This document shows, piece by piece, positions 37,601 to 45,265 of a stretch of 59,912 nt of DNA (position 1 is the first letter of the stretch; each line of letters opens with the position of its first letter). This DNA is from a virus. Its lineage: Duplodnaviria; Caudoviricetes. A program made the translations under genes and the position numbers. The stretch spans positions 1 to 59,912 of IMG/VR virus record IMGVR_UViG_3300034092_003926; one strand, 5' to 3'. The notes beneath the pieces were generated by a model. The model did not search any database, was not told the origin of the DNA, and saw nothing but the letters and a program-made list of their open reading frames with translations.

Positions 37601-40497
37601 ACAATACCGCCGATAGCCATTTTTTTAGCAGCAAAATTACTAATTAGAGTATCTAAATTTTTACCAGAATAATCAAAGTCATCATATTCTTCTAATGCTT
37701 TATTAACAGATTGCCTTAGTCTTGTATTGTGGAAAGTTTTAGACAACGATCCTCCTGCTCTTACTGTTTTATAGTCAGAAAGTACAGGATCTTGTAGGGC
37801 GCTTAATAAATAATTATCTATGGCGGAGCCGTCTGTAATACTTGTCCATTGTTGCTCTCTTGCTGCTACCTCGTCAGCTTGTTTTGACATTTGTGCGGCT
37901 AGTGCAGCTTCTCTACCAAGTCTGGATGTTGCTCTTGCTGATTGTTTTTTGGGGGTTCCAAATGGCGCTACTATTTCTTTCCAGAACCCTCTTTTACCCA
38001 TATAGTTCACTAGTTCACTGTCTAGTTCTGGAATTATTCTTTCTTTTGGAACCTCAATAAATTCATTTCCTATGGCCATTCCTGCTCCACCAGTACTGAA
38101 AATATCAAAAGCTTGCTTTTTAGCATATGCTATTAATTGATCAGTACTTAGTTGAGCTAGTTCACTATCATCTAATTCTTTGATTTTGCTACGAGCACCA
38201 AGTTTTTTACCCATTCCACCATTTTTAAATTTTTGTATTAATCCACCACGATTTTTATTAATTGCATATAATACAGCAGTATTTTCTGGTGTATATTGAC
38301 TATTAAAGTCTGCATCTATACCGGATCTATATTTTAATTCAGCGGCTTTAAAGTCTCTACCAGTTTGTGCTTTAGTTAATCCTAATTTTTCTTTGAGACC
38401 TTTTCTAGCATTAAGATTTGGTATATCTGGAAATTTATTTTCTGGAGCATCAACACCGAATTCTTTATTTACAAAATTTTCAAAGAAATATCCTCTTATA
38501 GCTCCTTTACCACTGTTATTTATTTTTAATTTAGATATATCTCCATAGGCTATTGGCGGAGACTCTTTCATACCGGTTAAAGCGCCAGGTATTTTTTTCT
38601 TAAATACACTTCCTCCATCAGCATACTTATTCATTCTATGCAAATTACCAGTACCAATAGTTTCAACCGCTTTCTTTCGTATTACAAATTCCCCAGGGGT
38701 TAACATTGCTGGAACAGTATCTCTATTACCGCTTCCTGGAACAACACCACCAGTAGCAAAACCAGCAACTTTGCCACCACTATTAAATGTGGTTCCTTTA
38801 CGACTAATAGTACTATTAAGATTTTCTATAGCTTTAGTTAAAGTAGATAATGCTGATGTATTATTTTTAAGAGTTTCTGATGCTCTGCTTGTTGCTTCTG
38901 CGGTATCTCTGGTTCCAGAACCAGTTAAAGAAGCACCAAGATTACTTCCAACTGCTTTAGATCCACCTCCTTTACCAAACGAACCTAAAAAACCACCAGC
39001 AAATTCTGTAAGAGCCTTACCACCCTTAATAGTTCCTAAAATAGCTAGTGCTGGTAAGATTGGTTTAAATGCACCAGCTAATTTTATTAAAGCGCTACTT
39101 AAACCTATAACTATTTTAAAAAACGCCTGAAAGGTATCGCTTTGTCCTACTGTTTTGATCAAACCTAAAAATTCTTCTCTAACTTTAGCTAATTGAACAA
39201 CTAATGATTTTTGTGCTGTAGCCTGTGCTTCGCTTAAACTAGATGTTCCTCTTTGTGCAACTCCTAATGCTTTTTCAGCTTCGGCGAATTGTTGAATTAA
39301 TGGAATAACTTTACTGATCTGTCGGAACCCGCCCAGCTCTTCTACAATTTGTGCAAATCGCAAATCTCGCGGATCTAACTTATTAAGTTCTGCACTTAAT
39401 CTCTTAATAGCTTCAAATGGACCAACGAATTTACCATCTAGATCGGTAAGTTCAACACCAAATTCTCTTAAAAATTCTATAGTTTGTGGTCTTTGAATAC
39501 GCGTAAAAATGGTTCTTAAACCAGTAGCAATAGTTTCTGCGCTTTCACGTGTGGTTGCTCTTACGCTGGTAAAAACAGCAATAAATTCGTTTAAGGCATC
39601 TGTCCCTTGTGAAACACCAGTACTTGAAGCAGCAAATGCGCCACCAGCACGTTGTATAGCAGTAATAATATCTGATGATTCTACTGCGAACCCGGCAGCA
39701 ACAGCATTTATACTACCTAGAGCACTTTCTAAGTCTTTGGTTTGAATACCGAACTGTCTAATAGCAGCAATTGCACCTTCTGTAGTTTCAATAATATTAT
39801 CGAATGATGGTGCTAATTCTGTTTTCGCCAATGCCCCTAATGCTTGTTCGGTTTCTTTAGCACTAAGACCGGCCTGAGCTAATGTAACAGCAACTTCTGT
39901 TAATTTTTCACTACTAACACCAAGTGTAATAGATAGTCTAGTAATTTCTTTAGATAATCCTGATAGAGCAATAGCGCCATCTCCAGTAACTTGTCCTAGT
40001 CTTACCAATTGTTTATCAAATTCCAAAAACGATCTTAAGCCACTACTAACAGCTCCAATTAAAGCATAGATTCCTGTTGTAACAACACTGAAAGCAGCAA
40101 ATCGTTTAATCGCTAAAAACGATTGTTTTCCAAACTCTTCCATACTCGATGATGCAACTTTGAGATTTTTGGACGTTACAGCAGCATTTTTAGCAACGTT
40201 CTGTAATGATGATCCTGCTTGAGAAGATCCTCCTTTAACAGAAGATAGTGCTGTAGACAAACTTCTTAGAGAAACATTTAATTGATTGGTATTAGCTTTA
40301 GCATTAACTAAGACCCTATTCATTGCAATTAGTTTATTTTTAACATCATCAATAGACTTTGCTGCTTTTGGATCTAGTTTAAAGTTAACGTCAGCTTTAA
40401 CAGAACCAAGCTCTTTTTTAATTTTTGAAACAATAGGCTTAAGATTATTAGGCCCAGCTAAATTAATTTGTGCAGTAAGATTAAATGCTTTAGCCAT
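31624..40497 (-). CDS. Tail tape measure protein with internal cargo domains
   Basis: 2957 aa; TP901-type core (LAQAG, AETIATGLRTIFTRI, GGFRQ); Ala/Gly-rich hydrophobic segments; two DTVPAxLTPGEFV motifs; coiled-coil C-terminal third; follows tail tube and chaperones. Confidence 0.9.
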   Translation of the reverse strand: MAKAFNLTAQINLAGPNNLKPIVSKIKKELGSVKADVNFKLDPKAAKSIDDVKNKLIAMNRVLVNAKANTNQLNVSLRSLSTALSSVKGGSSQAGSSLQNVAKNAAVTSKNLKVASSSMEEFGKQSFLAIKRFAAFSVVTTGIYALIGAVSSGLRSFLEFDKQLVRLGQVTGDGAIALSGLSKEITRLSITLGVSSEKLTEVAVTLAQAGLSAKETEQALGALAKTELAPSFDNIIETTEGAIAAIRQFGIQTKDLESALGSINAVAAGFAVESSDIITAIQRAGGAFAASSTGVSQGTDALNEFIAVFTSVRATTRESAETIATGLRTIFTRIQRPQTIEFLREFGVELTDLDGKFVGPFEAIKRLSAELNKLDPRDLRFAQIVEELGGFRQISKVIPLIQQFAEAEKALGVAQRGTSSLSEAQATAQKSLVVQLAKVREEFLGLIKTVGQSDTFQAFFKIVIGLSSALIKLAGAFKPILPALAILGTIKGGKALTEFAGGFLGSFGKGGGSKAVGSNLGASLTGSGTRDTAEATSRASETLKNNTSALSTLTKAIENLNSTISRKGTTFNSGGKVAGFATGGVVPGSGNRDTVPAMLTPGEFVIRKKAVETIGTGNLHRMNKYADGGSVFKKKIPGALTGMKESPPIAYGDISKLKINNSGKGAIRGYFFENFVNKEFGVDAPENKFPDIPNLNARKGLKEKLGLTKAQTGRDFKAAELKYRSGIDADFNSQYTPENTAVLYAINKNRGGLIQKFKNGGMGKKLGARSKIKELDDSELAQLSTDQLIAYAKKQAFDIFSTGGAGMAIGNEFIEVPKERIIPELDSELVNYMGKRGFWKEIVAPFGTPKKQSARATSRLGREAALAAQMSKQADEVAAREQQWTSITDGSAIDNYLLSALQDPVLSDYKTVRAGGSLSKTFHNTRLRQSVNKALEEYDDFDYSGKNLDTLISNFAAKKMAIGGIVQKFVEGGVSTTSRIDDSILERIRALGGPTSVKDLAPAAVAEAVKASGVRTSSKLLDSRSLRADSNSGRLAPFLEKVLREAEGVKKGKEGAARNQLDRNMRAAAGGAYQFGLVSLFGPNGQLGYESISDARELTGKNGEKFLTQVVRKSLPTRYADAIKSIQEDLAGVSVRGAEKFQYTDIFGTGGPLAFDFDDTLVKGADIFAPNGGIDIRAYNDLEKVKEALANAELTLLGKELSNRITDYPQLMDSIRVLTARPPSNAPLLAAKLAELQLPIPESKITGVTGGLNKVNNLSEMETLIDDNLQNIEAIMGAGKKGYLYSEPKGIDTGNASSSKSMAVMQGYALEELVKSLGVNVSSDDADPNRPIDFPKGLGPSASKWGIKSTLPTDTKRTNDSSALTRLWGEAQRYFIEKFAFGGKVGESEFEKIKKEILDKYPEMNFRISKRKRGFGYNILGGLKQEGNNVGNYADFKQAGNLVQLQEMADSMASSLMYDYGPNIDPSLLKKRKKFANGGSPQDTVPALLTPGEFVINKKAAQKIGYAKLHKMNRADKIQGYNKGGPVGYVQRLASGGTATPEVIAAFEDAAKRAGISLKAFEAQLKAQTINNALKITQERKETRANLRTDILRTSAKGLGDRESRKAFANRLSERIKELNPTAKATDVNKAIGEIIKGIKAGNSLDDMLKATTASLGPLKEAFNNTIDETEALKQAQEQLSSEFGGLTDAVKATTKDLEIAEYKQSGRAAQDFGLVGDLAPSLALEFKKSAIGANIFGGAQAFKNLGIDGLNDALGKLPGPLGDAAKAIGGAPAIIAGGLSILSDTIKENKLFGTSETGAGVIGAIGGAGSQALSLGTLGQQLGGEIGGVIGVIGGTIAGAIEGFLTGVQTQKLENSMGRLNESIDVASKALDNLSKYDNEANYKNALKAVGGIQNNIDDLSIQAQSTFGEKAASGGAGLATGAAVGAAAGAGIAATAATTGITALAASITGFSAVVLSGGTILVAAGVAALGYGIYRFVQGTKDIDNQALEGQLKAVENYVKSVSQLAERKIKLSSIEEINDSIKKFEEAAKNPAAKQALGERTKFIEEAQRSALINSGFDIKGNQRVSDFVATSGGADVVNAAKRAAAINLATTEINRNFAGDTDRIREELKDQEKLYRRGLELAAEQENQINLQTRMTAVMKEVNLQTESMIEIFDKMIALTERFNIEMEASQIVVNELAEAMSGNFRIGSVNRRDEAILGNSSAYSDTEFKNVLDRISGLVGGGDNASKLTQSLQGQRIVEQNLPAILRNTSKEDIKGVTAQLEDLFKKAGLSGSAKDSLLKEIEDSLVNETTSRQGKSFEELAQEFPALQAAMKTFETANKAASDIVKAANDQLSQYGNNLDKINEAMQKSLELTIKGDEIRLESAMMLDEIYGRSPTANRADIADSRIRRLAEAGGAGQTLDPTTIYAELTKVNKEIAQKRKAQETASFQEATKLMEEEAALGRQANNLSQALEELANNSERTAQIMNDFQRYQGTAANSKSFARRVLTANPEERVQIKQELQAATLVADAIKGGNIEAISQASMMDPEFFAKAFAGWDTMKGSLGLPEQELVKIESILIKGMMGSLPNSEEIMKLTAGMFDGEKQSWEKILSNEMADAFASKIKEEEERRIETIDKLGEVQKTIIKSYSDQNIKLITALQDLTKQLNAVTGTPASSALPSAAASAAASGTLPTDATEFRLGPEANPFVVKSFKDRLQKIYNKRHLFAKASSDQLHPFEKDDYETAVVELNKIKEEYKNTFGSLPDFGDDWDQGQMKLSEDLARRAEAAREGRGQRYPVASTQTRPIEDMPQQQQQFLSEYLNDLKALQQKQQATTPNGAPPIPARTATTDTTSPPNTGTASVNLLTLDENTKSFLTQFKSSMDSFGSYVTRMENIANKLPKIPERIEMQGRHTVQVTITGDKIWSTLEPRMVELIQKEVNNKMAKEWNRSGGELGSSGAGGRSTYGAYPV

Positions 40498-40516
40498 ACG
40501 TATAAAACCTCATTAA

Positions 40517-40561
40517 ATTAAAAATCCCCATATGGAGCGCACGGCAACCATATGAGGATTT
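40517..40561 (-). terminator. Intrinsic terminator-like hairpin upstream of the tape measure gene
   Basis: Minus strand AAATCCTCATATGG / 12-nt loop / CCATATGGGGATTT (one G-U), followed by a T-rich run. Confidence 0.65.
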
Positions 40562-40585
40562 ACTAAAAAGTTATATGTTATCTTA

Positions 40586-41446
40586 TCACGAAGCTGGTGG
40601 GGTGATTTGTTTTGGTGCATTATCTGTCTTTTCCTTTTCTATACTCTTATTATCCAAGACGACAGGATTACCATCATCATCAATAAATGGTTTGAATTCA
40701 AATACATAATCACCAGCAGAATCTACAACATTACCATCTTTATCAACAAATTGACCATTCTCATTAATAAATCGACCATTTTCATCAATCAATCGACCGT
40801 TTTCATCAACCAACTTACCTTCTTTATTTATTAACCTTAATTTTGTATCAACAAATTTATAATCCAATAAAAATTTATTTTCTGGTAACTTTTCTTCATA
40901 ATCACTATCTAGACCATATAACAAACCAGCTAAATTTTGTGCAGCTAATATAGCTATTAATTCAGACGATTTATTAATATAGTCTTCATAACTAGCAAAA
41001 TACTTTTGATTATTATCCTTATACACCGTACAAGCTGAAACAAGATAGTTAAATCGGGCATTATCTGCTTGTCCTTCGGCTGTATGGGTGTCTAAATTGG
41101 TCTTTACACTAATTAGATCTCTGAGTTTTTCTCTATCTCTTCTCATCTCAACAGCAATTGTTTTGGCCTGATTTAATGAGATTCCACCCTTTGCTAAAGA
41201 TCTTTCGCCTTCCAATATCTTGCTTTGTAATTCATTAAATTGTTGTTGTTTTTTGTCATCCCATAAACCCTGATCTATTAAAAGATCATCAAGTTTAGCT
41301 CTAACAACCGCTTTGGCTTTTAGTGCTTCGCTGAAAGCTTGATTATAAACCTTTGTGGCCTCTTTTTGATCGTTTAAAGAAGGAGAACGAACTAAAAACT
41401 CAACGTTCTTACCGTCTACCTCTGCCTTGAAAGATCTTGTTAACAT
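40586..41446 (-). CDS. Probable tail assembly chaperone
   Basis: Between tail tube and tape measure; helical N-part; C-terminal 7-aa repeats (EGKLVDENGRLIDENGRFINENGQFVDKDG). Confidence 0.55.
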   Translation of the reverse strand: MLTRSFKAEVDGKNVEFLVRSPSLNDQKEATKVYNQAFSEALKAKAVVRAKLDDLLIDQGLWDDKKQQQFNELQSKILEGERSLAKGGISLNQAKTIAVEMRRDREKLRDLISVKTNLDTHTAEGQADNARFNYLVSACTVYKDNNQKYFASYEDYINKSSELIAILAAQNLAGLLYGLDSDYEEKLPENKFLLDYKFVDTKLRLINKEGKLVDENGRLIDENGRFINENGQFVDKDGNVVDSAGDYVFEFKPFIDDDGNPVVLDNKSIEKEKTDNAPKQITPPAS

Positions 41447-41448
41447 AC

Positions 41449-41727
41449 TTATTCTCCTTGTTTGTAAAATTTATAGTTATATTTAATATTATTTGATCTA
41501 GACAAATCCGCAATTGTTTTTCTTAATTGATTATTTCCGTTATTAAGTATTTTATTTCTCACATTATCCCAAATATCACCAAATTTTATTTCTTGTTCAG
41601 TTAGTGGTTCATTTTCATCTTTATGATGGCCCCATAAATAACCAAAAGCATTTTCAAATTCAAAAATAGCGCCTATCATAGTTGTTTGAAATCTTTTGGA
41701 TATTAGTGATTTATCTTCTTCTTTCAT
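41449..41727 (-). CDS. Hypothetical protein (tail assembly region)
   Basis: 92-aa ORF, ATGA-coupled to the upstream gene. Confidence 0.65.
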   Translation of the reverse strand: MKEEDKSLISKRFQTTMIGAIFEFENAFGYLWGHHKDENEPLTEQEIKFGDIWDNVRNKILNNGNNQLRKTIADLSRSNNIKYNYKFYKQGE

Positions 41728-42773
41728 TTCTTAAATCTCTCTTTTTGACTCTGGAATTGTTGACTAAGTAACTCTCTTTGAACATCAGGTAACTGCGTTG
41801 TATCAATGGGGTTTTCGCTACTTAATATAGTTTTTTGTCTTTCATTAATAGTATGTCTTGCAGAGTCATCATTCAAGTTATATATCTCTTGGGCTTCTTC
41901 CATAGAGTTTGCCACCAAGAAAACCTCTCCTGCTTTATTTAATTTATCCCCCAATAAACTTTCTGTTCTTTTTTTATTTTTATCTTTTTCATTTTGTTTT
42001 CTTTGCATTATCATCCAACCATCAAAAGCATCGTCATCTTCGATAATACTATCGGACGGACAATCAGGATGCTCATAAGCATTATCATACATTTTAGTTA
42101 AAATAACCAAAGTTTTTTGTTCATCGCTCCAGTTAATTGTAGGCTTATCAAATATTCTTTCTTTATTAGCAGACCAATAATTTCTCCAAATATCGCTTCT
42201 AGCAATTTCTCTGAATGCTTCAGAGGGGATAAGATTTTCATGAATAATATTAGACAACGCATTAAATAATGAAAAATTAACATCATCTATTGATGAAAAA
42301 AGATTTTGATCTTTATTATCATATAAACTATATACTAAAATATATTGATTTTTTAATAAAGAGGAATATCCTTCTGAAGTAAGATGATCTAAAGAATGTC
42401 TTAAATTATACAAAAAATCGTATCTTTTTTTCAATGAAGATAGTTGTCTTTTTAAGGTTTTAAGTTTTGTTTTATTTAAAAAACTTTTATAATACTCAAC
42501 CTTCAGATCATCAATCTTACTATTTATTCCCTTCAATTCTTGCTCCATCGAAGGATTCCATATTCCCATCATCATTAAAATATGTAGAATATCGTCCTGA
42601 TTTATCCAATCATTAAATCTATTATTTATATATTCTTCATTAGCATAAACATCAGCTTCATATTTTATAGTTATGTCTGGATATATTAATTTATATCTAT
42701 TATTTTTATAGACAAAAAGATAATATCCAGATAATATTCTAGATAAATATGTATTTAGGGTTATATTGTCCAT
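41724..42773 (-). CDS. Hypothetical protein, possible tail assembly chaperone
   Basis: 349 aa directly downstream of the tail tube; YEHPDCP...IEDDDAFDGW. Confidence 0.6.
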   Translation of the reverse strand: MDNITLNTYLSRILSGYYLFVYKNNRYKLIYPDITIKYEADVYANEEYINNRFNDWINQDDILHILMMMGIWNPSMEQELKGINSKIDDLKVEYYKSFLNKTKLKTLKRQLSSLKKRYDFLYNLRHSLDHLTSEGYSSLLKNQYILVYSLYDNKDQNLFSSIDDVNFSLFNALSNIIHENLIPSEAFREIARSDIWRNYWSANKERIFDKPTINWSDEQKTLVILTKMYDNAYEHPDCPSDSIIEDDDAFDGWMIMQRKQNEKDKNKKRTESLLGDKLNKAGEVFLVANSMEEAQEIYNLNDDSARHTINERQKTILSSENPIDTTQLPDVQRELLSQQFQSQKERFKK

Positions 42774-42823
42774 TATCCACTATCAATATCCAGATTCCGA
42801 GGTCTTTATCTTTAAATTATTAC

Positions 42824-43918
42824 TTAGCCAATATTATAGTTAGTAGCAGTTAGGCTGTTATACCAAGCTGTTTGCGAACTACCAGAATGTGCAACAACAA
42901 AGTCGTTGAATGTTGTGTAACTGTATGTAATGGTTACGTTTCCACCACCGGTATCACCACCAGCATAATTCACACTAGTAAGCTTATTCTTGGTTCCAAG
43001 ATGAATCTTGGTACCTTCGCAAGTTTGTAAGAAAATGGTTTGGTCAAGAAGATTATGACGACCAGCACATTTATCTGTATTTTCATTTGCAACAGTTGTG
43101 CCAGATAGGCCAGCATAATAACCATCTTCTGTTGCATTAATCATGTCACCGCTAATAGCAAGAACTTCAAATTCGCTAGTAACTTCTACTGGGAATGTTA
43201 CATATCGATAGTAAGGAGCTAAATTACCAAGTTCGTTAATGGCTTCACGGCCAAAATCGCAACTTACTGAGATATTCTGGAAATGAGCAGCAAATCCGCT
43301 GTTTGTTACAGCAGAGTTAACGCCTTGGGCGCTAATCCCTGGAATTTGTGATGGAAATCGAGAACTAGTCATATCAATAAATTGTCTACGACCAACACCA
43401 GCAGCAGCGGCTGGCTTATCATTATTATCAAAGCCTCCGCTAGCAGTTGTACCCCATAGCTTATTATTTCCGACTAAAGTAACATCTTCTGTAAAATTAC
43501 CATCTACTGGGAATGTATAGCCCACACTACTAACATACATGCCAGAGCATGTAGCAACATTTCGTGGAGTATTACCACTAGCAGCTAATTGAGTATCTGG
43601 GAAAATGGCTAATTCAATATCTGCTCTAGCATTTTGACGGCCAGCAAGAGTAGGATTAACAGATGTTACTGTACCTGTTTCTGTGGCTAATGTATAAACA
43701 AGTGGATATCCATCAAGAACTTTATTTACAGTTACTTCAATATCGGGAACGCCTTCAACGTTTTGATAAATAGATAGCTGTCCAACCTCGAATACTTGTT
43801 CTAGATTAAAGTTAGTGGTTATACCGACACTTTGTAGGCCGTGTACAACTGTTCTAGTACTAGCATTACCGATTTTGACCTGTTGAATTGCATAATAAAT
43901 ACGATTATTTGATGCCAT
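42824..43918 (-). CDS. Probable major tail (tube) protein
   Basis: Beta-rich composition, GLQSVGITTNFNLEQVFEVGQL, own promoter motif and GGAG SD, canonical position upstream of chaperones and tape measure. Confidence 0.7.
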   Translation of the reverse strand: MASNNRIYYAIQQVKIGNASTRTVVHGLQSVGITTNFNLEQVFEVGQLSIYQNVEGVPDIEVTVNKVLDGYPLVYTLATETGTVTSVNPTLAGRQNARADIELAIFPDTQLAASGNTPRNVATCSGMYVSSVGYTFPVDGNFTEDVTLVGNNKLWGTTASGGFDNNDKPAAAAGVGRRQFIDMTSSRFPSQIPGISAQGVNSAVTNSGFAAHFQNISVSCDFGREAINELGNLAPYYRYVTFPVEVTSEFEVLAISGDMINATEDGYYAGLSGTTVANENTDKCAGRHNLLDQTIFLQTCEGTKIHLGTKNKLTSVNYAGGDTGGGNVTITYSYTTFNDFVVAHSGSSQTAWYNSLTATNYNIG

Positions 43919-43969
43919 TTGGAATCTCCACTGTTCAGAGAATGTAAAATTTTAGAAGATATATGTCTG

Positions 43970-43982
43970 TAATGATATACAC
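43970..43982 (-). promoter_or_regulatory. Putative late promoter (GTGTA-N6-TA)
   Basis: Minus strand GTGTATATCATTA in the intergenic gap before the tail tube gene. Confidence 0.55.
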
Positions 43983-44020
43983 TAAAAAAACAAAAAATCA
44001 AAATTAATGAAATAATAGGT

Positions 44021-45229
44021 CTATAAATTAAAGTCTTTTCTAGTTGACCAATTATTATTATAAATCCAATATACTAATTTATATGGTTTGGTAAATGATT
44101 CGAATTTAGCAGTAACGATAGGCTGATATTCGGTCAAATCCATTCTAAAAATAACATTTCCATTTATGTCTTCTATGCCTAGATAAATAAATTGGTATTC
44201 TTCTTCTGGTTGAGGTATATCTAAATTTAGATTATATTTAGTAAGAGATATATTCCACCACTCATTATTATCGTTAATTGGTGGATCTACGCCCTTAATA
44301 GTATCAGGATGTAAGGATCTATTTTTAAAATTAATTCCAGCATATAATTCATAATCATGATGAGATCTTACGTTGCCGAGTCCATAAATTCCTAAGTCTA
44401 TATTATTATCTTCTTCCTGTAGCATATGCCTTAATCTTCGCTTACTATCATTATCCATTTCCCACCATGGTTTTTCTACCAATCCGGACTTTTTATTTTG
44501 TTCATTAAAATCGGTCCAATGTTTGGTTCTTCCTTCTCTAGTATATTCGTGCCAAATAACCGTTTTATGGGGATGGTACAGGTCATATCCTAGCGTGTAT
44601 GATCGTATACTTAGACTAATCTCATCTCCAGCAAAATAAATATTAGGATCATATTTATATTCTTCACAATGTTGTCCTATAGTAAAGAAAAAATGGCCAC
44701 TAACAAAACGCGCTGGTATAGGTTTAGTTAAACTTTCCCAGTTGGTTATTGTATGCGGTCTAAACAAAATAGTTCCGCCAAGGGTAAAATTAGAAGCTAC
44801 CATTTTATAGGGTTCTATATTTAGTATTTTATTTTCTTGCGAAGAATACATTCCAACGTATGATGTGATAATAGGTTTTTCTGAGTCTACCATACTCATC
44901 ATATTTATTAATTCTTCATCCCAGTTCGGTAAAAATCTATGATGAGAATCTAATTGTAGTGTAAAATCTTCTCCATTCCACAGCTTTTGAATTTCGCTTC
45001 TTGCCCAACATAATCCTTTACTATTTTGCCATTGAATATCGATAATTTTAAATCTTGAATCCTTTTTAAAGTCATCAAGATTATCCCATAAATCCTCGTT
45101 GGAGTGCTGCCAACAAATACCAAAAATCAGATTCTCTGGATATTTAGCTTTGCTAATGCAGTCATTGATGGTTGGGATTAGTTCTGGATCACGATAACTA
45201 GCAATTTGTACAAATATTTTAGAATTCAT
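44021..45229 (-). CDS. GT60-like (Gnt1/GlcNAc family) protein N-acetylglucosaminyltransferase
   Basis: IFVQIASYRDPEL..T, GICWQ, SKGLCWAR, LQLDSHHRF..NWD (DSH motif), SGHFFF, YDP..YF.GDEI...RSYT.GYD..HP....WH.Y. Confidence 0.8.
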   Translation of the reverse strand: MNSKIFVQIASYRDPELIPTINDCISKAKYPENLIFGICWQHSNEDLWDNLDDFKKDSRFKIIDIQWQNSKGLCWARSEIQKLWNGEDFTLQLDSHHRFLPNWDEELINMMSMVDSEKPIITSYVGMYSSQENKILNIEPYKMVASNFTLGGTILFRPHTITNWESLTKPIPARFVSGHFFFTIGQHCEEYKYDPNIYFAGDEISLSIRSYTLGYDLYHPHKTVIWHEYTREGRTKHWTDFNEQNKKSGLVEKPWWEMDNDSKRRLRHMLQEEDNNIDLGIYGLGNVRSHHDYELYAGINFKNRSLHPDTIKGVDPPINDNNEWWNISLTKYNLNLDIPQPEEEYQFIYLGIEDINGNVIFRMDLTEYQPIVTAKFESFTKPYKLVYWIYNNNWSTRKDFNL

Positions 45230-45265
45230 TTTATACTCTTAAATAATATTTCAAATATATTCTGT

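Noticed and set aside
40586-42773. Programmed -1 frameshift in tail assembly chaperones
   Set aside because: The three ORFs each have their own coupled ATG start; no convincing slippery site at an ORF end stands out from the A/T-run background.
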